Shown here one piece after another: positions 47,318 through 55,661 of a stretch of 64,000 bases of DNA. The stretch covers positions 4,462-68,461 of the forward strand of contig WAKB01000010.1 in NCBI GenBank assembly GCA_015523545.1. The letters are read 5' to 3'. The notes under the pieces are model-generated. The model worked only from the letters and a program-made list of their open reading frames with translations. It was not told where the DNA came from and did no database searches. Origin of the DNA: Candidatus Geothermarchaeota archaeon (GTDB lineage Archaea; Thermoproteota; Nitrososphaeria; Geothermarchaeales; JDFR-13). A program made the position numbers and the translations under genes. Positions within the stretch are counted from its first letter, which is position 1. Each line of letters starts with the position of its first letter.

Positions 47318-48617
47318 ACTCCTCTATAGCCTCCACCGTGTGGAAGAAGTTGATGTTCATGCTCAGGCCATAGTCCGAGACGTTACCAGGGAGGTAATCC
47401 ATCCCCCTAAGCCTGTCGTACAGCCTATTGAGATCCACACCCTCAAAGGCCATTGTGAATCTCCTATGGAATGGAGATGACGATGGCTGCGAGCCACCAT
47501 GTCTCTCCAGCATATCAGCCAGCCTATGCGCCAGCTCCATCATCTCAAGAGACTTATTGACCAAACCACCCCTACCCATGATAAGAATATTTACTAGGAC
47601 CTGGACAGCGCTCAACGCCTCATTAGTACATATGTTTGATGTAGCGTTGGCCCTACGTATATGCTGCTCCCTAGTCTGTAGAATCATAGTATATGCCCTG
47701 TCCCCATCCATGGTTCTAGTCTCCCCTATCAGCCTGCCAGGCATACTCCTAATAAGCCTATGCTCACCCCTGACAGCGAAGACACCCAGCAGCGGACCCC
47801 CAGCACCCATATATAGACCCATGGGCTGTCCCTCAGCCACCGCCACATCCGCACCTATATCACCGGGGGGAGCAACTATAGGTGTAGACCATAGATCCGT
47901 GTATACTATGAACAAGGCTCCATAGCTATGGACAAGATCCGCCAGCTTATTGACATCCTCATACAGATATCCGAGGGAGGAGGGGAACTCGATCACCAGT
48001 GCGGATACACCATCCTTGAGTAGGGACTCAATCATGGAGAGAGAATCACTATTGATGGTCGGGTCATCATAGCTTATGATCTCTAAACCTGCCCCATATA
48101 AGTATGTATCCACCACACGGGAGAGGTGGGGAGGCAGGGTCCTAGGAAGTAGGACCCTGGGATGGCCAACAACACGGTAAGCCAGTAATATAGCCTCGGC
48201 AAGGGCTGAGGCACCATCATACATGGAGGAGTTGACCACCTCAAGACCTAGGAGCTCCGCCATCACACTCTGATACTCATACAGAGCCTGGAGCATCCCC
48301 TGACTCATCTCAGGCTGATACGGAGTATACGAGGTGAGGAACTCCCCCCTACTTACTAGATACCTCGTGGCGGGATACACGAAGGCAGGCTCCACACCCC
48401 ATCCCGCATACACCTTCTCAGGCCTGTAGACCCTGTTTCTCTCTGAGAGGCCTTCCATATATCGGATAAGAGAGGGCTGATCCATAGAGGGGAGATCCCC
48501 ACCCGGGATCTCAGAGATGAATCCCCCCAGTATACTCTCCATGAAACTATCGAGATCCCTAAATCCCAGCTCATTCAGAATAGCCTCAACATCGCTAGGG
48601 CTGGGGAGGAATGTCAT
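47271..48617 (-). CDS. gcvPA: Glycine dehydrogenase (decarboxylating) subunit 1, P-protein N-terminal half
   Basis: About 448 aa, a typical GcvPA: TSYTPYQPEMSQGMLQALYEYQ. Confidence 0.9.
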   Translation of the reverse strand: MTFLPSPSDVEAILNELGFRDLDSFMESILGGFISEIPGGDLPSMDQPSLIRYMEGLSERNRVYRPEKVYAGWGVEPAFVYPATRYLVSRGEFLTSYTPYQPEMSQGMLQALYEYQSVMAELLGLEVVNSSMYDGASALAEAILLAYRVVGHPRVLLPRTLPPHLSRVVDTYLYGAGLEIISYDDPTINSDSLSMIESLLKDGVSALVIEFPSSLGYLYEDVNKLADLVHSYGALFIVYTDLWSTPIVAPPGDIGADVAVAEGQPMGLYMGAGGPLLGVFAVRGEHRLIRSMPGRLIGETRTMDGDRAYTMILQTREQHIRRANATSNICTNEALSAVQVLVNILIMGRGGLVNKSLEMMELAHRLADMLERHGGSQPSSSPFHRRFTMAFEGVDLNRLYDRLRGMDYLPGNVSDYGLSMNINFFHTVEAIEEFASSVGVVIEDVQTG

Positions 48618-48672
48618 CCAGACCACCGGTCGCCAAACCTTATATACTCATCTAATCGAAAATAACAATTAA

Positions 48673-50298
48673 GTGGTCGAGATGCCACCTTCTAACCAGG
48701 CTAGAACCAGCCTATTAATTATATTGGCAATACTCCTCACAATCCTCATAATCCCCCCGGCAGCCAGCCAGGGAGGCGTCAGACAGTCTATAGAGGCCTC
48801 TGTCGAGTCTGGAGGCGGTAACCTATATATTAAGATAACCCTGGCTGGAGACGGGCTAAAATCTGTAGACAAAATAACTGCAAACCTTCCCGAGAACTAC
48901 ATAGGGGATAATGACTATCTAAGGGTATATACACAGACCGATGATGAGAAATCCGAGGTGATATTCACATATAGTGATGGGGTACTAGAGGTAGATACCT
49001 CCCAACTAGGTGAGAACCTTATAATCGAGATCTATAAGCCGGAGGCCGTAAAGCCAGACACAAAGGGTAGATACACGGTAGAGGTCCTAACGTATCTCGA
49101 GACCAACCTCGAGACCAACCAGCAAGACTTCGAGTTCAGGCCTGGACTAGACGTCAAGGGTGTTGATGAGGAGCTACCTCCAGGCTTCTCACAAGTGAGA
49201 TCCTCACCTGAGGGAGTGACACCTGAGCAGTACCAGATATCACGAATACTAACAGAGACGGAGCTACTCCTCATGGATAATACGGAGATAGAGACCTTCC
49301 CACTACAACAGGTGAGCGAGGAGAGAGTATCACTACTAATAGCCGATACAGCAGTGGAGATAAGGCTGGACGCAGACCCCCGGGGATTCATACGCGGTAT
49401 AATGAACCTATCCATAACCAATAGAGACCTTATAGTATGGCCCTCCAATACCGAGATATTCCTAAATAAGACCTACGACATAGTCGAGGTGAAGACCCAG
49501 CTAGGTCGGCCTCTGGACTACGAGTTTACAGGTAGGGTATACAAAGTCTCGACTCCATACCACATAAAGCCAAATGAGACACTCACCATGGAGATAAGCT
49601 TCACAATCAACGAGTCGATAGAGGTCATACCAGGCCTAACGCCAACCATCAAATACAACATCTCACTACCCAACCCCACCACGATACCAGCCGACATATT
49701 CAGGGTGGCGATACCCGACACTGGATATGAGGAGTCAGTAGAGTACTATACAGACTATGAAGAGGACATAAAGGTGGTCGGGGAGATAACAATAAGCCTG
49801 ACCGACATAATCGAGGACTACGGCCTAACATACATACTCTCATCAATCATCATAATCGGGATAGCGGCAGCAACCTACACCAGGATCAGGAAGATCCTGC
49901 TACAGGACCTACCAGAAGAAGTGAGACGCTTCATAGACCAGTATCTCGAGGAGGCAAACCTAATGAAGAAGATCCTAGAGCTGGAGAAGGAGTATAGCGA
50001 GGGTAGGCTGAAGGATAGGGAGTTCCTAAAGAGGAGGAGCCAACTCAACAAGGAGATAAGAGATGTTAGGAGGAGACTCTCAAACCTTAGGAACAGGGTT
50101 AAGAAACTAGCCGCGGAGAATGACGAGATAGCCAGGATAATAAGGGATGTGGAGGAGCTGGAGGAGACGTGGAAGAAGCTGAACGACCTAGAGGAGTCTA
50201 GAAGGAAGAAGCTTATCGACCAGGAGACCTACCGCCGCGACAGAGAGGAACTAATAACCAGGTTCGAGATACTCCTAAACAAGCTCACCAAGATCTAG
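48673..50298 (+). CDS. Bitopic surface protein with an extracellular domain of about 370 aa, one C-terminal TM helix and a cytoplasmic coiled-coil tail of about 150 aa
   Basis: Signal/anchor LLIILAILLTILIIPPAASQGG, a long Thr/Glu-rich extracellular region, the TM YILSSIIIIGIAAATYTRI, then a highly charged heptad-like tail (EKEYSEGRLKDREFLKRRSQLNKEIRDVRRRLSNLRNRVKKLAAENDEIARIIRDVEELEETWKKLNDLEESRRKKL). No family recognised. Confidence 0.5.
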   Translation: MVEMPPSNQARTSLLIILAILLTILIIPPAASQGGVRQSIEASVESGGGNLYIKITLAGDGLKSVDKITANLPENYIGDNDYLRVYTQTDDEKSEVIFTYSDGVLEVDTSQLGENLIIEIYKPEAVKPDTKGRYTVEVLTYLETNLETNQQDFEFRPGLDVKGVDEELPPGFSQVRSSPEGVTPEQYQISRILTETELLLMDNTEIETFPLQQVSEERVSLLIADTAVEIRLDADPRGFIRGIMNLSITNRDLIVWPSNTEIFLNKTYDIVEVKTQLGRPLDYEFTGRVYKVSTPYHIKPNETLTMEISFTINESIEVIPGLTPTIKYNISLPNPTTIPADIFRVAIPDTGYEESVEYYTDYEEDIKVVGEITISLTDIIEDYGLTYILSSIIIIGIAAATYTRIRKILLQDLPEEVRRFIDQYLEEANLMKKILELEKEYSEGRLKDREFLKRRSQLNKEIRDVRRRLSNLRNRVKKLAAENDEIARIIRDVEELEETWKKLNDLEESRRKKLIDQETYRRDREELITRFEILLNKLTKI

Positions 50299-50303
50299 AG
50301 GAG

Positions 50304-50428
50304 TGGTAGCCCCGCCCGGATTCGAACCGGGGTCACCGGGGATCCCCTACCCGGCACCAGCCGGGGATCCAAAGCCCTATGCCCCCCCACACAGGGGTCG
50401 GCATGCTTGGCCGCTACACCACGGGGCT
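50304..50428 (-). tRNA. tRNA-Gln (anticodon UUG, tentative) with two introns
   Basis: The minus-strand sequence starts AGCCCCGTGGTGTAGCGGCCAAGCAT, with A1-U72, as in archaeal tRNA-Gln. Removing a 22-nt intron (50377-50398, in the anticodon stem near 29/30) and a 27-nt intron (about 50342-50368, at 37/38 or 38/39) gives a 76-nt tRNA. The boundary of the second intron is ambiguous because of a GGATCCCCGG direct repeat. The mature tRNA has stem CCGGG/CCCGG, loop CTTTGG(A) and T-arm CCCGG-TTCGAAT-CCGGG. The anticodon TTG is at 50370-50372. Confidence 0.65.
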
Positions 50429-50510
50429 ACCCAAGCCAAAGATTCTATAAACAAGACTTTTAACCCTTTCTCCCAGGATTTAACGGAGAGCCGAGGCAAA
50501 TATATTAGGC

Positions 50511-51002
50511 ATGGAGAGCCGACACCCAATAAACCATATAGGTAGGAATGTCAAGCTTGGTAGGAACGTAAAGATATGGCACTTCACATATATCGGGGAC
50601 AACACCGAGATTGGGGATGACACTAAGATAGGCTCGCTAGTCCATATCGACTACAACGTCAAGATCGGTAGCCGATGCATGATAGAGGGCATGGTCTACA
50701 TCCCTCCCCTTACAGTGATAGGTGACGACGTCTTCATAGGCCCGGGAGTCATAATTACGAATGATCCATACCCACCCTCGAAGAGACTTATAGGCACTGT
50801 GATAGAAGACGGCGCCGTAATAGGGGCTGGAGCAATGATAAAGGCTGGGGTGAGGATCGGGAGGAGAGCCGTCATAGGGATGGGGGCTGTAGTGACTAGA
50901 GACGTACCGCCAGAGACCGTCGTATATGGAAACCCAGCAAAGCCCAGGTACAGCCTTGAGGAATATCTAAGACGCAAGGCGAGATGGGAGGAAGGAGACT
51001 AA
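50511..51002 (+). CDS. Hexapeptide-repeat (left-handed beta-helix) acyl/acetyltransferase
   Basis: 163 aa of imperfect [LIV]-G-x4 hexapeptide repeats (NVKIGSRCMIEG..VFIGPGVIITND..AVIGAGAMIKAGVRIG..AVIGMGAVV). Confidence 0.65.
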   Translation: MESRHPINHIGRNVKLGRNVKIWHFTYIGDNTEIGDDTKIGSLVHIDYNVKIGSRCMIEGMVYIPPLTVIGDDVFIGPGVIITNDPYPPSKRLIGTVIEDGAVIGAGAMIKAGVRIGRRAVIGMGAVVTRDVPPETVVYGNPAKPRYSLEEYLRRKARWEEGD

Positions 51003-52144
51003 ACAAACATTAGATACCTATTACGCCATAGAGCCTCCTCACAATCATCCCACTCCACACCCCTCCTACTATACATCCTCCTAGCAATCTCCATAGCCTT
51101 CTCAATATCCATCAAGACCTCCTCACCATCCCTATAGATCCTGAAGGGGGGTACACTCCTATCCACCAAGCCATGGAGATGGGTAGAGACCCCCACCACC
51201 GACCCCCCGTATATAGAGGTGTTAATACTGGTCTTGACATGATCACCCAAGAAGGACCCAAGTTTGATCCTACCAGTAGACACACCACCGCCCCACTTCA
51301 CCCTAACCTCCCCATAGGTATTCTTCAGATCACTGAGAACAGTCCCAGCACCGATATTAACCCAGAACCCAAGTAGACTATGCCCGATATAGGAGTGGTG
51401 AGCCGAGTTCGTATATCCAAGGATGACTGAGTCCGAAACCTCGCCACCCAGCTTACATACAGGGCCTACTATAGACCTACTAAGCTTAGCCCCATATATC
51501 CATGAAGACTCGCCGATAATGAGGGGGCCTACCAAGTGGTTGAAGCCTATGACCTCACAACCATCTAGGATAAGTATCGGCCCCTCATCCACATCGATAT
51601 ACGTCTTGTCAAGATCTATCTCTACATCCCTCCCTACATAGAGACCCTCTACAACCTCCTCCAGCCCCAGATACTCTGCCACCTCGGCTAGAAGGGATGG
51701 GAAGAGCCTACTGCCTAGGAAATCCATCAAGTCCCATGGCCTCCTGAAGAGGGTCAGCCCATAACCAGTGATATCCACCTCCTCCCCCTTACCCTCGCCC
51801 AACCATCCAACCAAGACGTCATTGTACACGATCCTAACCGGCCCTCCGAGACTGAAGACATCATCCACCAGCCTCATCAACCCCTTTGGAGAACCCAGGA
51901 TATTCTCGACCAGGAATAATCCATCACTATTCTCGCCAACCACCTCGACAGGAACCCTCTTACTAGGAATATATCCAGCCCACAAACCAGTCAACCTATA
52001 CGAGACCTCATAGCCACGGGATAGAACCTCAAGGAGTGATGGGCCCAATAATCGCCAGGCGAGCGGGGGACTATAGATGTGGAGATAGGCTAGGAAGGGC
52101 TCATACTCCCTATCAGGATATAGAACGACCCTCTCCATATCCAT
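50999..52144 (-). CDS. Two-domain protein: N-terminal nucleotidyltransferase-like region plus C-terminal left-handed beta-helix (GlmU/eIF2B-epsilon-like)
   Basis: 381 aa. The C-terminal 170 aa are hexapeptide repeats (IGHSLLGFWVNIGAGTVL..). The N-terminal 200 aa are not clearly assignable. It is convergent with the preceding LbH gene. Confidence 0.4.
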   Translation of the reverse strand: MDMERVVLYPDREYEPFLAYLHIYSPPLAWRLLGPSLLEVLSRGYEVSYRLTGLWAGYIPSKRVPVEVVGENSDGLFLVENILGSPKGLMRLVDDVFSLGGPVRIVYNDVLVGWLGEGKGEEVDITGYGLTLFRRPWDLMDFLGSRLFPSLLAEVAEYLGLEEVVEGLYVGRDVEIDLDKTYIDVDEGPILILDGCEVIGFNHLVGPLIIGESSWIYGAKLSRSIVGPVCKLGGEVSDSVILGYTNSAHHSYIGHSLLGFWVNIGAGTVLSDLKNTYGEVRVKWGGGVSTGRIKLGSFLGDHVKTSINTSIYGGSVVGVSTHLHGLVDRSVPPFRIYRDGEEVLMDIEKAMEIARRMYSRRGVEWDDCEEALWRNRYLMFV

Positions 52145-52175
52145 CTATATACAATGGCGAGGACTAGAAACATAT

Positions 52176-52610
52176 TTGAAGCCTATGAGGATGCTCCTAA
52201 TACACGCCGAGAGATTCAGCTATAGAGTCCTGACGGAGCACGGCCCCCTATCCCCAGCTAGGGACGAGGTGGATCAGAGCACCATAGAGAATTCCTATAA
52301 AGATATCCTCATATGCTTCACCACTGTGGAGGAGGGGGACTGGGAGAGGAGGGAGGAGATCTTCAAGGGGCTGGAAGACCTGGTTAGCCACTCCTCAAAG
52401 ATCGGTGTGGAGAAGATACTTATCTATCCCTATGCCCACCTATCATCGAGGCTAGAGGATCCCAGGAAGGCCCTTAGACTCATAAAGATACTGGCCAAGA
52501 AACTCTCTGGATACGGGGTAGAGGTTTATAGAGCCCCCTTCGGATGGTATAAGGCCTTCAGCCTCTCCACAAAGGGCCATCCATTGGCCGAGTCGTACAG
52601 GGAGCTATAG
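52176..52610 (+). CDS. Free-standing ThrRS-type editing domain (archaeal D-aminoacyl/Ser-tRNA deacylase fold)
   Basis: 144 aa. MRMLLIHAERFSYRV...YPYAHLSS...APFGWYKAFSLSTKGHPLAE resembles, from memory, the N-terminal editing domain of archaeal threonyl-tRNA synthetases (YPFAHLSS / APFGYYKAF / KGHPLAE). Neither the catalytic nor the anticodon-binding domain follows. Confidence 0.6.
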   Translation: MKPMRMLLIHAERFSYRVLTEHGPLSPARDEVDQSTIENSYKDILICFTTVEEGDWERREEIFKGLEDLVSHSSKIGVEKILIYPYAHLSSRLEDPRKALRLIKILAKKLSGYGVEVYRAPFGWYKAFSLSTKGHPLAESYREL

Positions 52611-52708
<98 letters not shown>

Positions 52709-52760
52709 TCTATAGACAAGCTGGACCGACCCACTATTTATCAGATATATCTCTATAGAC

Positions 52761-55661
52761 TCATGCAACGTATATAGCGGGGTATAATGGGAAAGCCATC
52801 TTCCTACTCTTCACATCAACAGCCAGCTCCTCACCCTCCCTATAGACCTTGACAGTAACGTCCAGACCATGGGCCTTCAAATACCTTGGCAAGAGACTCC
52901 TAAGAACGTTATACTCCTCCTCGGCAGACAGAGACTTGAGGAGGCCTAGGTACTTTACCCTCCTACCATACCACTCCCTAGAGACGAACTTCATAACACT
53001 GCCCAAGACCTTACCATCGCCCAGCCTAGAACGTATAATCCTCCTAGCACCATCAAGCTCCTGATCCGCAGCCTCGCTGAAAACAGACCATAGCTCCTCA
53101 CCAGCCACAACCACGTGTATCTCCCTAGCACCACCCAGAACCCTGACCAGCTCCTTAATATCCCTCACAACCTCCTCTAGGTACCCATCTATCAGGAGAG
53201 ACTTCTCATCGATCTCCCAGCCCCTGGGATACTCGGAGAAATATACGTATCCATCCATTCCGAGGACATCCCTCCATAGGTACTGGGCTAGGAAGGGTGT
53301 ATACATCGATATGAGCTTGACGAAGTCTGTTACAACACTCCTAATAAGCCCCTTGTTAGGATGTGTGGCGATGGCCATATACTTCTCAATAGAGTTCAAC
53401 AGCTCATTGAAGATTGCCCGGGCCGCCCGGGCGACCTCCATCTTCTCCAGTGCCTCCTCCACCTCGTTGACTATCTTGGAGAACTTCGATCTTAGCCAGG
53501 TGTCGAAAAACTCGTCACCACCCCCCTCCTCCAGTCCAACCACCCTCTCAACGAGCCGCTCTATCCTCTGCATCTTCTGCAGCGCCGCATATCCACTCGA
53601 CCCCCTCCAGTCGGGATCTTCCAGACCATCTACAGTCATGAGTATCGAGAGCCGGAGAGCATCTGCACTCACGGTTTCGATGGCCTTCTCCATAGATATG
53701 TAGTTGCCACTGGACTTGGACATCGGCCTACCATTTAGACGTGTAAAACCGTTTGCGGTTATCCCCCTTGGCCACTTATCCCTAGGGAAGATGGCTACGT
53801 GGTGGAAGACGTAGAAGGTGAGATGATTACTTATCAAGTCTTTCCCAGAACCCCTGAGATCCACAGGGTACCAGTATAGGAACTCCTCCCTAATCCTCTC
53901 GAGAACCTCCCTATCCACACCACTAGACTCCGAGACATGGTCGACATTACCCATCCCAAGGAATACATAGTTGAAGAACTCATCCCCAACCCTATCAGCC
54001 TTCAACAAACCCTGGTTATAGAACTTGGCTACTGTGTAGAACGCGGGGTAGATCGTGGAGTCCGTGAGAGTCTCCACTATCCATTCCCTATCAAAGGGGA
54101 AGGGCGTACCTAGGCCAGACCTCCTAGTACATGGCCAGTCCTCATACCAGTCAATATAGTGGTGGAGAAGACTCCTCACCTCCTCAGGGAAGCACGACAT
54201 ATCGTCGACCGCCCTATGGGCCTGCCTCTTCCACCTAGGGTCGGAGTATTTCAAGAACCATTGATCGGGGAGGATCTTGACTATGCATCTAGCGGTACAT
54301 CTACATATAACTGGTTCCGGGAGGTCATACATCTTATCCGCTAGGCCCATATCCCTGAGGATCTCGAACGTCTTCTCCCTAGCCTCACCTGTAGGCAGGC
54401 CGCCTACAAACCTGTTATCCTCCAACATATATCCATTCACATACTCCTGGTGATAGATCTCCTTCGTCGCCTTCTCAAGCCTAGGATCGTTCTGGCTCTC
54501 GATACCCATCCTCTCAACGATCTCCACAGCCGGGAACTGGCCGAACCCCTTACCCCTGATAACCAAGACCTGTATAGGCTTAATATCCCTAGCGATGGCC
54601 GCTAACTCCTCCCCATAGACCCCCCTAGCCACATCCCTAAGAGCGGCATAGTCATATGGGGCGTGGGCAGGTACGCTGTAGACAACACCCGTTATCGAGG
54701 TTGGATCTACAAATGCGGCTGGGAGGATAGGCACCTTCCTCCCCACCAATGGAGCCTCGGCCCACTTACCAACAAGATCCCTCCCCAAAAACTCCTCCAA
54801 CACCTCCACCCGCTTCAGCTGGTTCTGAAGCTTATACGCTGCATCACTACTAACTATCCACTTCTCCCCATCGACATCAGCCAAGACATATTTAGCCTCT
54901 GGGTTGACCCAGATATTTGTAACCCCATATATCGTCTCCGGCCTTAGGGTCCCGGCAACTATATATGCATCACCCAACCTAAACTTGATCAGGTAGTACT
55001 CCTCGGGCCTGACACCCTCCCCCTCAAGCCTATCATGATCACCGGTGGGGCTCTGGTCGACGGGGCACCAGACCACTGGGTGGCTCCCCTGGACAATGTA
55101 TCCCTTGTTGTAGAGCTGCCTAATCTGCCACTCCACAAACTTGTTATAAAGCTCGTGTAGACTGGTTGTGTGGAACTCCCTCCTCCAGTCTATCGATAAG
55201 CCATACCTCTTGACCACCCGCCTATTCTTCTCCGTGAAATACTTGACGAAGTATACTGGATCCTGTAGCTTCTCAAGATCCTCCGGATCCACGCCGTCTA
55301 GGTCGACAAGCCTACTTATAACTGATTGGTCACCCATCCTCAGCCTATGAACAGTACCATATACAGCCTCCCCAGTCCAGTGCCACGCCCAAGGATATAG
55401 GACGTTGAAGCCCTTCAGCCTCTTATACCTCGCATATACATCCAGCCTACCAGATGTATATGCATGGCCCAGGTGTAGGGAGCCATTCATATAGGGATAT
55501 GGAAAGGTAACAAGTATCTTAGGCCTCCCATCAGGGTCCGCCTCAAAAACCCCCTCCTCAACAATCTCCCTAGAGAGGCGTTCCTCCCTCTCAAGAACCT
55601 TTCTCAGATACTCCTCATGAGGAGAGCCTTCCTTCTCCCGAGACATCATATATGATTTCAC
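52761..55661 (-). CDS. leuS: Leucyl-tRNA synthetase (archaeal type)
   Basis: 966 aa. The HIGH-type motif is HLGHAYT, the CP1 editing domain is present, and the KMSKS-type motif is PMSKSSGNY. The ORF-track start overlaps the alaS 3' end by 47 nt; an internal Met (MMSREK) is the likelier start. Confidence 0.95.
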   Translation of the reverse strand: MKSYMMSREKEGSPHEEYLRKVLEREERLSREIVEEGVFEADPDGRPKILVTFPYPYMNGSLHLGHAYTSGRLDVYARYKRLKGFNVLYPWAWHWTGEAVYGTVHRLRMGDQSVISRLVDLDGVDPEDLEKLQDPVYFVKYFTEKNRRVVKRYGLSIDWRREFHTTSLHELYNKFVEWQIRQLYNKGYIVQGSHPVVWCPVDQSPTGDHDRLEGEGVRPEEYYLIKFRLGDAYIVAGTLRPETIYGVTNIWVNPEAKYVLADVDGEKWIVSSDAAYKLQNQLKRVEVLEEFLGRDLVGKWAEAPLVGRKVPILPAAFVDPTSITGVVYSVPAHAPYDYAALRDVARGVYGEELAAIARDIKPIQVLVIRGKGFGQFPAVEIVERMGIESQNDPRLEKATKEIYHQEYVNGYMLEDNRFVGGLPTGEAREKTFEILRDMGLADKMYDLPEPVICRCTARCIVKILPDQWFLKYSDPRWKRQAHRAVDDMSCFPEEVRSLLHHYIDWYEDWPCTRRSGLGTPFPFDREWIVETLTDSTIYPAFYTVAKFYNQGLLKADRVGDEFFNYVFLGMGNVDHVSESSGVDREVLERIREEFLYWYPVDLRGSGKDLISNHLTFYVFHHVAIFPRDKWPRGITANGFTRLNGRPMSKSSGNYISMEKAIETVSADALRLSILMTVDGLEDPDWRGSSGYAALQKMQRIERLVERVVGLEEGGGDEFFDTWLRSKFSKIVNEVEEALEKMEVARAARAIFNELLNSIEKYMAIATHPNKGLIRSVVTDFVKLISMYTPFLAQYLWRDVLGMDGYVYFSEYPRGWEIDEKSLLIDGYLEEVVRDIKELVRVLGGAREIHVVVAGEELWSVFSEAADQELDGARRIIRSRLGDGKVLGSVMKFVSREWYGRRVKYLGLLKSLSAEEEYNVLRSLLPRYLKAHGLDVTVKVYREGEELAVDVKSRKMAFPLYPAIYVA

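Noticed and set aside
50342-50368. Palindrome ccggggatcccc / repeated GGATCCCCGG, which looks like an inserted element or restriction-site cluster
   Set aside because: It lies within the proposed second intron of the tRNA-Gln gene and is best explained as the intron hairpin.
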